A stretch of DNA of 46,380 bases from a virus: UHGV virus genome UHGV-0285588; one strand, written 5' to 3'. How positions within the stretch are numbered: position 1 is the stretch's first letter; every line of letters starts with the position of its first letter. Made by a program: the position numbers and the translations under genes. The notes under the pieces are model-generated. The model saw nothing but the letters and a program-made list of their open reading frames with translations, was not told where the DNA came from and ran no database searches. Positions 18,371 through 27,183 of the stretch are shown here, in pieces.

Positions 18371-18715
18371 TTATTGAGGACTATTCTTATTTAGCATTCC
18401 GCAGTTAATTTTTGCGCGGTTTACGGCATCCATGAACTTGCCGATTGACATCGTTTTCTTCAGTTCCGCAATGATTGCGCCATGTAACATCCTCTCCTCG
18501 CCATAGTACAGTTTATCGAGTCGCTGCTTCACCAGATTGCGGGTGCGCTGCATGTGGTCGCGTGCTTTGATGGCCTTCTCTTTCCATACTCTGCCTGCAT
18601 CATGGTTGCCAGAAAGCTGACGCTCGATAGCCTCAATCTCAAAGGCAAGCGTCATATCAATGTCATCCAGTTCGCTGATTGTTGCTTCCATGATTTCGTT
18701 AAGTTGTAGTTTCAT
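18371..18715 (-). CDS. hypothetical protein (114 aa)
   Basis: Track ORF, last gene of a minus-strand cassette that also holds a putative regulator. Confidence 0.4.
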   Translation of the reverse strand: MKLQLNEIMEATISELDDIDMTLAFEIEAIERQLSGNHDAGRVWKEKAIKARDHMQRTRNLVKQRLDKLYYGEERMLHGAIIAELKKTMSIGKFMDAVNRAKINCGMLNKNSPQ

Positions 18716-18987
18716 TTGTTAATATTCTCCTCCAAAGCTCTAATAACAGCGCGGGTCAGGAGACCCTCACCATTCATGGCTACGTGCGCTTTTATCTCGC
18801 TAAGCGCTGCCTTTAAAACGCCAACACTTACCGTAACAACTCGCTTATTATCTTCATTTATTTTCTTCAATCTCTCTATTGCTGTTAGCTCTTCCACTAT
18901 CCACCCCATCTCTCTACGATTATTGGCCGTGCGTTCACATTTGGTGACAAACAGCACGTTTCCTGATTTATGCTTTACTGCCCACAT
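18712..18987 (-). CDS. hypothetical protein (91 aa)
   Basis: Translationally coupled track ORF. Confidence 0.4.
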   Translation of the reverse strand: MWAVKHKSGNVLFVTKCERTANNRREMGWIVEELTAIERLKKINEDNKRVVTVSVGVLKAALSEIKAHVAMNGEGLLTRAVIRALEENINK

Positions 18988-19499
18988 GACTGGCGCGCCC
19001 CGGCAAGCAACTTTTCAAACATCATCCTGTCACGACTCATTCCAAACGGGATGATTTCCTGCCAGTAATATTTCCATGCGCCGCCGGGAAGCATTTCGCG
19101 GTCAACCTGACCAATGCTTGCCAGATAGCGCATGCGTGCCTTGAGGATGGTGTAATTGACGCCTACAGCCTCTGCTATCTGCTTGCTCTTGCGTCCCGGG
19201 TTCGCCTCAAGATAGGTCTGAATTGCCAGGTCAAGCGCAGTATTATCGGGATTGAGGAAATACTTAAAGCAGCGCCTGCCATAGCTGACGCTTTCCTCTT
19301 TAATAATAAATCCCATACCCTCCAGCTCAATCAGATAACCTGTAACGCTGGCTCGGTTTGTCATGCCAGTCTGCTTGCGTATCATGGCATTGGTTGCGCC
19401 GCCGCAGCGCTCTATCACCGTTAGTATTTGCGTTTTAAAGTCCATTTGCGCGCTCCAGTGCATCCTGTTTGTAGTCGCTAACTGTATATAGGAAGCCAT
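18975..19499 (-). CDS. putative DNA-binding regulator with two winged-helix-like segments
   Basis: Two helix-turn-helix-like stretches (ATNAMIRKQTGMTNRASVTGYL and KSKQIAEAVGVNYTILKARMRYL). 174 aa. Confidence 0.4.
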   Translation of the reverse strand: MASYIQLATTNRMHWSAQMDFKTQILTVIERCGGATNAMIRKQTGMTNRASVTGYLIELEGMGFIIKEESVSYGRRCFKYFLNPDNTALDLAIQTYLEANPGRKSKQIAEAVGVNYTILKARMRYLASIGQVDREMLPGGAWKYYWQEIIPFGMSRDRMMFEKLLAGARQSCGQ

Positions 19500-19671
19500 T
19501 TCTGGTATTCCATGACCTTACAGCAGAGCAAAGGCGGACGTACTTATCACCTTTCTTTCCGCAATCATTGCACTCAATAATCCACTTGGAATCATTTACG
19601 CAAGCAAAAATATTAAGGCTCCCGCAATCATGGCACTCAAGTAATCCACTACTGCTCATCATTGGTTTCAT
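19435..19671 (-). CDS. zinc-ribbon protein, Lar-like restriction-alleviation family
   Basis: CHDCG...CNDCG zinc ribbon with an RSWNTRNG tail that resembles Lar-family members. Family recalled from memory. Confidence 0.4.
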   Translation of the reverse strand: MKPMMSSSGLLECHDCGSLNIFACVNDSKWIIECNDCGKKGDKYVRLCSAVRSWNTRNGFLYTVSDYKQDALERANGL

Positions 19672-19904
19672 TTGGCCACCTTTTCCATCATGTATTTAAC
19701 CTGAATGTTGCATAGCTTTCTCAGCACCCTATCACTGCGATAATCGCGCTTTATGCCAGGTCGCCCGAAACTGGCGCGTAGCATCTGTTTCAATGTTCGG
19801 CGGTCAGGCTGGTTTTTCTGCCACTCATGCCTTGCATTATCCTCCCTGACATCAGCCATTATTAACTGAAGCAACGTGCTGGCCCTGCTCATTTCGCCAC
19901 CCAT
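19668..19904 (-). CDS. hypothetical protein (78 aa)
   Basis: Coupled track ORF. Confidence 0.35.
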   Translation of the reverse strand: MGGEMSRASTLLQLIMADVREDNARHEWQKNQPDRRTLKQMLRASFGRPGIKRDYRSDRVLRKLCNIQVKYMMEKVAK

Positions 19905-20080
19905 TCACCAATATTGCTGAAATGCGGGCGCCCTTCGCGCCATTCGATAATTTCGCGGTTAACCTGCCGCTGCATGCGGTTGCGAACTTCGCGCAATTCG
20001 CTTTCAACCCAGGCGCGAGTACGGTCGAGTTCCTCCAGCTTGTTCAACAACTCTTTTTCGTACACCTGATCAGTATTCAT
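19889..20080 (-). CDS. hypothetical protein (63 aa)
   Basis: Coupled track ORF, coiled-coil composition. Confidence 0.35.
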   Translation of the reverse strand: MNTDQVYEKELLNKLEELDRTRAWVESELREVRNRMQRQVNREIIEWREGRPHFSNIGEWVAK

Positions 20081-20246
20081 TTTTTCTCTCCATCAGCACT
20101 TTGTAGTGAACGCCATAATATTTGAGCACCTGACTATGGTTGTGCAGATACCCGTCATCATCTTCAATCGGTAGTCTTACCACGATGTAAAACGCCCGGT
20201 AGAGTTCTGTCCATCCATGACAACATTTGCGCTTCCTCGGCTTCAT
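20070..20246 (-). CDS. hypothetical protein, probably starting at the internal MKPRKRK
   Basis: Track ORF 20070..20312 overlaps 20164..20379. The region after the internal Met looks protein-like. Confidence 0.3.
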   Translation of the reverse strand: MKPRKRKCCHGWTELYRAFYIVVRLPIEDDDGYLHNHSQVLKYYGVHYKVLMERKNEY

Positions 20247-20379
20247 GGGCGGCCTCCATAGCAGCCAGATCAATGCGCTGCTCGATAGATTTAATGATTG
20301 ACTCTGGCACATTAAGCATTTGCAGAGTCTCCCTGCAATCGCGCTTATGAACTTCTGTCACCTCCTGCCACTTTTTCAT
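20164..20379 (-). CDS. hypothetical protein (71 aa), first gene of the minus cassette
   Basis: Track ORF about 25 nt downstream of a minus-strand motif. Confidence 0.4.
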   Translation of the reverse strand: MKKWQEVTEVHKRDCRETLQMLNVPESIIKSIEQRIDLAAMEAAHEAEEAQMLSWMDRTLPGVLHRGKTTD

Positions 20380-20403
20380 TCCACACCACCTTATCTATTT
20401 ATG

Positions 20404-20447
20404 TTACAATCTACACCAGCAAGTATTGACTAATTGACGTAGATTCG
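20404..20447. promoter_or_regulatory. divergent motif pair. Minus-strand GGTGTAGATTGTAACAT at 20404-20419, plus-strand TTGACGTAGATTCG at 20434-20447.
   Basis: Both copies lie 25-30 nt upstream of the start codons at 20379 (-) and 20476 (+). Confidence 0.55.
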
Positions 20448-20475
20448 TCAAGATGATTTTCACAGGAGAGCGACA

Positions 20476-20676
20476 ATGGCGAGACAACGCAAAGAACCAC
20501 TGGAAGTACTGACTGAGATTATCGCTAAGCGCCAGCCGTTAAGCCTGCGAGATGTCAGATATTACGCGCACTGCTATGTAGCAATGCGTGAATGGAGTGC
20601 TGAAGAAATGTATGCGTTTGTGCGCGAACACTTCAGCGTGGATGAGAAAAACAAAGTTACGTTGAGGGTGGAGTGA
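20476..20676 (+). CDS. hypothetical protein (66 aa)
   Basis: Track ORF with an ACAGGAGAG leader. Confidence 0.4.
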   Translation: MARQRKEPLEVLTEIIAKRQPLSLRDVRYYAHCYVAMREWSAEEMYAFVREHFSVDEKNKVTLRVE

Positions 20677-21146
20677 TGAAATACAAATACCTGAAAGGAA
20701 GCGCTGATTATTTTAATGGTCATGAAGATGCCGTTCTTGCTGTGAAGTCAGCAACCAGTGGCAAAATCCACTACCTCAGCGCGGATTATGCAGGGCGAGA
20801 TAAGGATATCGAAAAGGCTGGCGATATTGTTATCGCCCATCGTGAGCCAGTAACTGATGATGACTTGAATTGGCGCATCATCTCAACAGAAGCCCTCATC
20901 ACCGAGCGCGGCAGCCGTTATGGCAAATTCAAAGACGGCGCAGAAATCATGCGATCTCTGAAACGAGTTATGCATGACGCGGAGGGCTGGAATAACCTGA
21001 CGGCGAGCCAGAAGGAAGCGCTCGACATGATTCAGCATAAAATTGGTCGCATCCTGAATGGCGACCCGACATACGACGATAGCTGGAAAGACATCGCTGG
21101 CTATGCAACATTAATTGTTAATGAACTGAATGGGGAGGTGAAGTGA
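20673..21146 (+). CDS. hypothetical protein (157 aa)
   Basis: Coupled track ORF. Confidence 0.4.
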   Translation: MMKYKYLKGSADYFNGHEDAVLAVKSATSGKIHYLSADYAGRDKDIEKAGDIVIAHREPVTDDDLNWRIISTEALITERGSRYGKFKDGAEIMRSLKRVMHDAEGWNNLTASQKEALDMIQHKIGRILNGDPTYDDSWKDIAGYATLIVNELNGEVK

Positions 21147-21367
21147 TGCCAATACAAGACCCCGTGCCACGCATTGAAATCGACATGGTGGAGTTACACG
21201 AACCTGCCCGGCGCGATTATCATGTCCCGAGGCTTGGAGAACCAGCAGCCTACATCATCACCAGCAACCGTGGTCGCCGCTATCTGGCGTTTGCTGGTAG
21301 TGTTGAGCATCAGAATGCGGTAATGTTTGGCTATGAAATGAAACCACTCTATGAGGATTTAAAATGA
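21143..21367 (+). CDS. hypothetical protein (74 aa)
   Basis: Coupled track ORF. Confidence 0.4.
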   Translation: MMPIQDPVPRIEIDMVELHEPARRDYHVPRLGEPAAYIITSNRGRRYLAFAGSVEHQNAVMFGYEMKPLYEDLK

Positions 21368-21579
21368 CAGTACAAGCAGCGAAAGACCCTGGGAAAATCT
21401 GGCTACATCAGGAGATTATTGACGGGCGCCTGCAAGTGGTAGACCAGGATGGAAGAATTGTTGGCGGCGTGGTGAAAACTGACACCAGCACGCAATCGAG
21501 AGGAAAGATTGCCACCATGATTATTGAGGTTGAAATTGCCGCAAAACTCGACGGCGAAAATATCGGCTTCGTTGTTTAG
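21364..21579 (+). CDS. hypothetical protein (71 aa)
   Basis: Coupled track ORF, followed by a terminator. Confidence 0.4.
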   Translation: MTVQAAKDPGKIWLHQEIIDGRLQVVDQDGRIVGGVVKTDTSTQSRGKIATMIIEVEIAAKLDGENIGFVV

Positions 21580-21582
21580 TCT

Positions 21583-21615
21583 ACCAAGCCAAGCAAAGCC
21601 CCTTACGGGGCTTTT
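21583..21615. terminator. bidirectional terminator (aaagccccttacggggcttttttg)
   Basis: GC hairpin with a T-run, between convergent cassettes. Confidence 0.7.
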
Positions 21616-22097
21616 TTGTTGCGCAGGGAATTGTATTGTGCCTGACAAGTCAATCCTGCTTCTCTTGCTGAGTCAGCATATTCTGCCAGTTGTCGATTTC
21701 TTTCGACAGATTCGCTGAGCAGTTGGGAGAGCAAAACTCCGGTACTGGCGGCTGGATTGCCAATGGACTCAGTTCTGGAATAATCGAGGAGCTGCTTTCT
21801 GATTGTGGCGAGCTGTTGCTGCAACCTGCCAGACTTAACAGCAGCAGCGGAAGCATCAGCACGCGCGGCATCAATGCGGTTTTGCGCTTCCTGCTCGATG
21901 GTCTTTTTGTCTTGCTCATGTTGTTCGCTTGCCTCTTTGTCTTTGACCTTCTGCGCCTCTACGGCGGCCAGATATCCAGAGTGATATTTCTCCTTCCCGT
22001 AATCGACCCACTTTCCGTAGACAATCAGAGCCAGAAGTGCGACGCCAATGATAGCGGCAACAACTTTCCATTTAGCCTTGAGGATTTGCAGAATCAT
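21603..22097 (-). CDS. i-spanin (Rz-like)
   Basis: N-terminal transmembrane helix, then a periplasmic coiled coil. Located downstream of the endolysin and holin. Confidence 0.65.
   Translation of the reverse strand: MILQILKAKWKVVAAIIGVALLALIVYGKWVDYGKEKYHSGYLAAVEAQKVKDKEASEQHEQDKKTIEQEAQNRIDAARADASAAAVKSGRLQQQLATIRKQLLDYSRTESIGNPAASTGVLLSQLLSESVERNRQLAEYADSAREAGLTCQAQYNSLRNKKAP
21650..21919 (-). CDS. o-spanin (Rz1-like lipoprotein), embedded in the i-spanin gene in the +1 frame
   Basis: Signal peptide with a LAGC lipobox, followed by Pro/Ser-rich sequence. Entirely inside the Rz-like gene. Confidence 0.6.
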   Translation of the reverse strand: MSKTKRPSSRKRKTALMPRVLMLPLLLLSLAGCSNSSPQSESSSSIIPELSPLAIQPPVPEFCSPNCSANLSKEIDNWQNMLTQQEKQD

Positions 22098-22317
22098 TTT
22101 TCAGCGCCTTATTCTCTTTCTTCATGCCGCGCATCTTCGCAAGCATGGAGATGACCAGCACGGAGTAGCTGATTGCCTTAACCGTAAATGGTGGCAATGC
22201 GCTCTTGAGGTCGTCAGGCATCATCATCCAGACCTGCATCGCCACATCAGGGAATACCTGGAGGGCAGAGCATATTGCCATCCAGATACCGATAAGCCAG
22301 TTAGTTAGGCGCCTCAT
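22072..22317 (-). CDS. holin (two transmembrane segments)
   Basis: 81 aa with two hydrophobic helices and a charged C-terminus. Lies between the endolysin and spanin genes. Confidence 0.55.
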   Translation of the reverse strand: MRRLTNWLIGIWMAICSALQVFPDVAMQVWMMMPDDLKSALPPFTVKAISYSVLVISMLAKMRGMKKENKALKNDSANPQG

Positions 22318-22748
22318 GACATGTAGACCTGACGTTCAGCTGCGCGGCGCTTTGTGAGTCCGTTCATGACCTTGCCATTGGCGCGATTCCATACCCGGAA
22401 CTGGTCGGCGGCGCAGGTGTAGCAGCGGGCATTATGCTTTTTCAGCAGAGTTGATTTACCAAAGTTACCAAGGCCAATGTTGTAGGCCAGCGACACCATT
22501 GCATCAAACTGCCCCTGAGTGGTTGGGGCAGTGACGAGTGACGAGACGCCGCTTTCAAACTTCGCCACGTCGTCACGCAGCATCTTTTCAGCTTTCTCTG
22601 CGGTGATAACCATGCCTGGCTTAACGCCATTGGTTGTGCCATATCCGATAGTCCACGGCGCTCCGCCAGTTGCCGGGTCTGGATATGCCTTCGAGCTGTA
22701 ACCCTCGAATTGTTTAATTAAATCAATGCCACGCTGCGATAGTTTCAT
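22314..22748 (-). CDS. endolysin, GH24 lysozyme family
   Basis: IKQFEGY...AYPDP...PWTIGYGTT is the GH24 lysozyme signature (catalytic Glu in the FEG motif). Confidence 0.8.
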   Translation of the reverse strand: MKLSQRGIDLIKQFEGYSSKAYPDPATGGAPWTIGYGTTNGVKPGMVITAEKAEKMLRDDVAKFESGVSSLVTAPTTQGQFDAMVSLAYNIGLGNFGKSTLLKKHNARCYTCAADQFRVWNRANGKVMNGLTKRRAAERQVYMS

Positions 22749-22788
22749 TTTTACCTCCGGTGATGCAGATTATTTTATCACAATAGTC

Positions 22789-22826
22789 TTGACGTAGATT
22801 GAATCGTAAGCGATGATGTAGATACA
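22789..22826 (+). promoter_or_regulatory. motif pair. TTGACGTAGATTGA at 22789-22802, TGATGTAGATAC at 22814-22825.
   Basis: Upstream of the ACAGGAGAG leader and the ATG at 22847. Confidence 0.55.
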
Positions 22827-22846
22827 CAAACACAGGAGAGTAAAAA

Positions 22847-23137
22847 ATGAAAAAATTAATCGCAGCAGCAGTATTCGCAATGGCTTCATTTGGTGCGTCG
22901 GCTGGCGAGTTTTGCAATGCAGTTGGTGAGTTCGGTGAAGCGGCAGCAGAAGCCCGTGATGCTGGCGTATCAAAGCAGCTCGCGCTGATTGTTTCTTTTG
23001 GAGGCCAGTATAGCGCTGAATTTAACCAACTCAGCAAGGCCATCGTTGATGGGGCATACAAAATGACAGACAAGACACCGAAAGAAGTGGCCGCTGTCGC
23101 CCGTGAAGTCTGCCTGTCAACGGTGGGCGACAAATAA
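22847..23137 (+). CDS. secreted/periplasmic small protein (signal peptide)
   Basis: MKKLIAAAVFAMASFGASA is a cleavable signal peptide. 96 aa. Confidence 0.5.
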   Translation: MKKLIAAAVFAMASFGASAGEFCNAVGEFGEAAAEARDAGVSKQLALIVSFGGQYSAEFNQLSKAIVDGAYKMTDKTPKEVAAVAREVCLSTVGDK

Positions 23138-23268
23138 TGTGCCCGCTACTGATGTTTAAGGCTCGCAATCGCTACGTTAAGCTGGTGATGCGCGGCATGG
23201 ATGAGCATGCAGCATGGCTGAATGTGATGGGCGAACTGAAAAGCATTTATAACGGAGAGAAGAAATGA
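23137..23268 (+). CDS. hypothetical small protein (43 aa)
   Basis: Coupled by ATGA overlaps on both sides. Not in the track. Confidence 0.25.
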   Translation: MCPLLMFKARNRYVKLVMRGMDEHAAWLNVMGELKSIYNGEKK

Positions 23269-24113
23269 AGCTGATTGATATTTTGGTTGAGGAAACCATT
23301 GAAAACGGATGGTCATGGCCGGAGCGTGCCAATTGCATCACGCAGGACCGCGACAGAGAAATCATGCCGGCAACATGCCAGCCATGCGTTGCTAAATTTG
23401 AGGTTAGTTTTGATCGGTGGTTTCTTAATGGTTCTAGAATTGACTGTTTCATTGCTGATGTTTTGGCGAGTGACTACGAAACCGCCATCATCACCCGCGA
23501 ACAGTACGAAGCCGCGCTGGCTGCGAAGAATGACGGCTGGATTGAGTGGGGTGGTGGCAAACACCCGCCAGTTAGCACAAACACAGCTGTGGATGTCAAA
23601 TTTAAGAATGGAAATGTGCAATCAGGATACCCCGCTGGTGAGTATTCATGGGAGCACGAATGGGCATATTCCAACATCATCGCCTACCGCCTGCACCAGC
23701 CGCAGGAAGCAGAGCAGGCCAAAGCGGATGACGAAGCCGACCTGAATGAGTGCATCGGGCATAGTGTCGCGCCGGTTTGGAATGGCGAAGGCTTGCCGCC
23801 GGTTGGTTATGAGTGTGAAGTGTCAGTGGATGGCGGACGCTCATGGTGTACATACAGAGCGATAAATGAGAAGAATGGCGCGTGGCTAATTGAAATTGGC
23901 AACTTCACGGAAGAATTTCAAAATAATAACTGGATTTTCCGCCCCATCCTCTCAGAAGCAGAGCGGAAGCGCGATGATGCTGTACAGGCGTTATGCGATG
24001 CAGGCGGAGGTAATGGAAAAGTTGACGAGAAGGCAGGTTATGGCTCTTGCTGGTTTGACGTGTACGACGCCATCGCAGCAGGTAAAATTCCTGGCGTGAA
24101 GCTGGAGGTGTAA
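23265..24113 (+). CDS. hypothetical protein (282 aa), Trp-rich
   Basis: Track ORF with no recognisable domain. Confidence 0.45.
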   Translation: MKLIDILVEETIENGWSWPERANCITQDRDREIMPATCQPCVAKFEVSFDRWFLNGSRIDCFIADVLASDYETAIITREQYEAALAAKNDGWIEWGGGKHPPVSTNTAVDVKFKNGNVQSGYPAGEYSWEHEWAYSNIIAYRLHQPQEAEQAKADDEADLNECIGHSVAPVWNGEGLPPVGYECEVSVDGGRSWCTYRAINEKNGAWLIEIGNFTEEFQNNNWIFRPILSEAERKRDDAVQALCDAGGGNGKVDEKAGYGSCWFDVYDAIAAGKIPGVKLEV

Positions 24114-24177
24114 GATGGATGTATGGGTGCTTTTCGGAATGCTGCTTGGCGTTATATTTCTGATTCATTAATCGCCA

Positions 24178-24215
24178 TGAGAATAAAAAGCCGCCATCAG
24201 GTGGCTTTCTTGTGT
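24178..24215. terminator. bidirectional hairpin terminator
   Basis: aaaagccgccatcaggtggctttctt, between convergent genes. Confidence 0.45.
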
Positions 24216-25141
24216 GTATCCTGCCATGCTTCACGCTGCTTATCGAGTCTTTCCTGCGTTTTTTCAAGTATCACAGGCTTGCCATCCATCACCAGTGCTG
24301 GGGTTTGCGCACAGTGGCAGTTACGGCGGTTTGCGCCTTCGCTGTAGAACTCATCAATCTCTTCCGGGGTGTAATATTTCCCATGACGCGCGGCATGAGT
24401 AACGCGAGTTGTCTTCATCAGCGCCGACTGCCAGAGCATAATGGTATCCATCCCCAGCGTGACTTGCGCCTCTTTCACTTCGCGCCTGTTAGCCTCGCGC
24501 AGGGTGTTGGTAATTTCAGTCTGAGCGATTGACCGCGCATAACTCCTTGACACGTCCATGCGGTTAACGATGTTTTGCTCAACCACTCCAGGAGCGTCGC
24601 CATTTGCAATGCCAGCAGTGATGACCTCTGCCACCTGTTGCCGCGTGTAATCTGAAAGGCCACCCCAATCGTTATACGTGCGCGTGTACGCTAACTGAAG
24701 CCTGTCGAGATACGGCTGAGAGTACAGGATTTCAGCAAGCGGCCTGCTGTCTTTATATGCCGACGACAGGTCGCCAAGGTCTGAGTTTGCCTTCTGCGTA
24801 CCGGCATACATGGCATCGCTGACATAAGATGATGCCCACATTCTTCCGTGCGTGAAATCATCACCTTCCAGCAGATGACTATCAAGAATGCGCTGAAGCT
24901 CATCAAAGAATGTCGACGCACGGTAGGCAGAGAAATCATAATAATAATTTCCAGCCTCTGCGTTACCAGTCGCCACAGGAATGGCGCGGAACAGTTCGGC
25001 AACCTGGGATTTTAGCGTCACATACCTGGCGTCAACATCGCGCACCATCTTATTTACACGACCCACTGCGCCGAGTGGGTCTGTCAGGCTCATGCTTAAT
25101 TTTGGCTGCGGAAGCCGGGCATTAATTTTGAGGAGGCGCAT
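24197..25141 (-). CDS. head morphogenesis protein (SPP1 gp7 / Mu F-like)
   Basis: Located immediately downstream of the portal gene. The track start at 25258 overlaps the portal by 137 nt, so an internal Met is preferred. Confidence 0.5.
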   Translation of the reverse strand: MRLLKINARLPQPKLSMSLTDPLGAVGRVNKMVRDVDARYVTLKSQVAELFRAIPVATGNAEAGNYYYDFSAYRASTFFDELQRILDSHLLEGDDFTHGRMWASSYVSDAMYAGTQKANSDLGDLSSAYKDSRPLAEILYSQPYLDRLQLAYTRTYNDWGGLSDYTRQQVAEVITAGIANGDAPGVVEQNIVNRMDVSRSYARSIAQTEITNTLREANRREVKEAQVTLGMDTIMLWQSALMKTTRVTHAARHGKYYTPEEIDEFYSEGANRRNCHCAQTPALVMDGKPVILEKTQERLDKQREAWQDTHKKAT

Positions 25142-26570
25142 CGGTTTGGCCCTGCTGTTGGTCCTGCTGCGATTGCTGGTCCTGCTGCTGACCTTCCTGC
25201 AATCCTTCAGGAAGCTGCTCTTCCAGAGGCTCCATACCAACAATGCCACGCATCTCATCAGCGGTCATCAGGGCCATCTGGCCTGCGTCGAATACGGATT
25301 CGTTTGCAGTGGCCAGCTTAACCAGCAGCTCGGCCTTGTTCAGCTCGGAAGGTGCAAGCAGGTCATCCCATTTGCAGTAATAACCGCTCTCTGGCGCCTT
25401 GTCCAGAATGCCAAAGGAAATCATCCGGTCAATGAATACCGAGATGATGTAGTCCAGCCAGTCCTCACGGCGCTGCTTGGCGCTCATGGCGTCGTCGGTT
25501 TTATCCTCATCGGATGCGAGGCGGCCAGTCTGCTGACCAAACAGGATGGTGAATGGTTTCTTGATGGATGCCGCAAACTGGTTTGCTGCAATAGTCCACG
25601 TCGGCCCTGGATCTGCCGGCGTCACTGAGAGCACTTTGACATCGGCTCCAATGCTAAACATAGCGGCGTCTATTGCCTCGTTCAGGCGCACCACATCCTC
25701 ATTGAGCACATCTGCCAGCTCTTCCAGCGGCACGCCCATTTGCTGCGCCAGAGACTGAGCGGAAAATGAATCTTTGTTGTAGTTAACATTTAGCTGGCGA
25801 CTGGCATTCTTCAGGAATCCCTCTGCACTTGAGCCAGTGACTTTCGCCATGTCGATGAGGTGGTTGTACCCGGCACGCAGAAGCGGAACGCCAGAGTAAA
25901 TGGAGCCATCCATCGCACCCTCGGCAAATACGATGATGCGGTCAGGGTGAATACTCAGAGAGCGCGTCGGTTTGCCGTCGCTGTTGCAGGCGCCGACTAC
26001 CGACTCCTGATATTCGTACATCTTCGGCTGACCATAGTCTTCGCTGGCTTCGTCATTTTCCCATTCGCTAACGCGAAGCTGCTCTTCCCACGCCGGAATG
26101 TAACGGACAATGGCAGCATCCTTTATGCGTTTTGTTTTCGTGGTGTCTACCGGCTCATTCCATTGCTTTCCATCACGGATTTGCAGGATAAGGCCGGAAT
26201 AGCGGTTGATGAGGTTGCGGCGGTCTGCATCCTTGATGAATGGCGCAGCGCGCTTAAACAGCTTGTTGGCGGCCTTCTCCCACGGGGTGCTTGCTTTGTC
26301 ATCGGCGCCTTCTTCGAGGATTTTCGGCGGAGTCTGCCAGCACTTATCGAGTACGCGATTGACGCCAGCAGTTGCCGGCGCATAGCGCTCGTAAGCATAG
26401 CGGAACATCTCGGCGGTGATTTCTTCAGGATAGCCACATTCGACCCAAAGACGATCGTGTTTGTGGTCGATGTTCTTACCGCCAAACTCCCGGCGCTGCC
26501 GCTCTATGAGTCTGTTATTGTTCGCCACTCGCTGCTGAATATAGGCGTTTACCGCCTCTAACTTTGCCAT
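25122..26570 (-). CDS. portal protein
   Basis: 482 aa with an acidic, Gln-rich C-terminus. Lies between the terminase and head morphogenesis genes. Confidence 0.65.
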   Translation of the reverse strand: MAKLEAVNAYIQQRVANNNRLIERQRREFGGKNIDHKHDRLWVECGYPEEITAEMFRYAYERYAPATAGVNRVLDKCWQTPPKILEEGADDKASTPWEKAANKLFKRAAPFIKDADRRNLINRYSGLILQIRDGKQWNEPVDTTKTKRIKDAAIVRYIPAWEEQLRVSEWENDEASEDYGQPKMYEYQESVVGACNSDGKPTRSLSIHPDRIIVFAEGAMDGSIYSGVPLLRAGYNHLIDMAKVTGSSAEGFLKNASRQLNVNYNKDSFSAQSLAQQMGVPLEELADVLNEDVVRLNEAIDAAMFSIGADVKVLSVTPADPGPTWTIAANQFAASIKKPFTILFGQQTGRLASDEDKTDDAMSAKQRREDWLDYIISVFIDRMISFGILDKAPESGYYCKWDDLLAPSELNKAELLVKLATANESVFDAGQMALMTADEMRGIVGMEPLEEQLPEGLQEGQQQDQQSQQDQQQGQTDAPPQN

Positions 26571-26584
26571 TTCGTCACCATAAA

Positions 26585-26611
26585 AAAACCCATCGCATGG
26601 ATGGGATTATA
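26585..26611 (-). terminator. intrinsic terminator (minus) upstream of the portal gene
   Basis: cccatccatgcgatggg followed by a T-run on the minus strand. Confidence 0.5.
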
Positions 26612-26617
26612 GCATGA

Positions 26618-26866
26618 TTACTTGTTGCGATTATGGTATGCGGGGTAGAAGCTACTTAGCGGGAAGACCCAGAATTTAAGCCACATCTCATTATATGATG
26701 GCACGCATTCATGAAATTCGTTCCCGGAATCATACCCATTGGGGTCGCAGTGATAGAAGAACTCGATAAAGTCACGCCTTGCTTTATACACTAATTCATT
26801 TCTGATTAGCATGTAGAAGCAGAATACTACGGCCGTTACCAAAAGAAAAAGAATGATATCCATCAC
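26618..26866 (-). CDS. small membrane protein (82 aa)
   Basis: N-terminal transmembrane helix. Confidence 0.35.
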   Translation of the reverse strand: MMDIILFLLVTAVVFCFYMLIRNELVYKARRDFIEFFYHCDPNGYDSGNEFHECVPSYNEMWLKFWVFPLSSFYPAYHNRNK

Positions 26867-27048
26867 TTCACCTCAACGCATTGCAAATTGTTAACATTTG
26901 GACTTGCATCACGCCACGTCCGTCTTTCCTCAGCTATTTTCATTGCCGTAACGGCTGCCCGGCACTGCTCCATGCTTTGCATTGGCACCACCTGCATATT
27001 GGACGTATTGCTTGTGATTACGAATATCAGGAAGAAATACGACATCAC
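26863..27048 (-). CDS. small membrane protein (61 aa)
   Basis: N-terminal transmembrane helix. Coupled to its neighbour. Confidence 0.35.
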   Translation of the reverse strand: MMSYFFLIFVITSNTSNMQVVPMQSMEQCRAAVTAMKIAEERRTWRDASPNVNNLQCVEVK

Positions 27049-27056
27049 CCCACCTC

Positions 27057-27183
27057 AATCAATTCTACTAAGAAACAACGCGCCAACCATAGACGCAACC
27101 AGCATGAACACTGCAATGCGCAGCGCGCCGCTGTCGCTTAGAAACAACTTAACATCGTGAAAACGTTCACCTTCAATAATCAT
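27057..27183 (-). CDS. small membrane peptide (about 42 aa)
   Basis: MIIEGERFHDVKLFLSDSGALRIAVFMLVASMVGALFLSRID. Overlaps the stop of the HslV-like gene. Not in the track. Confidence 0.25.
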
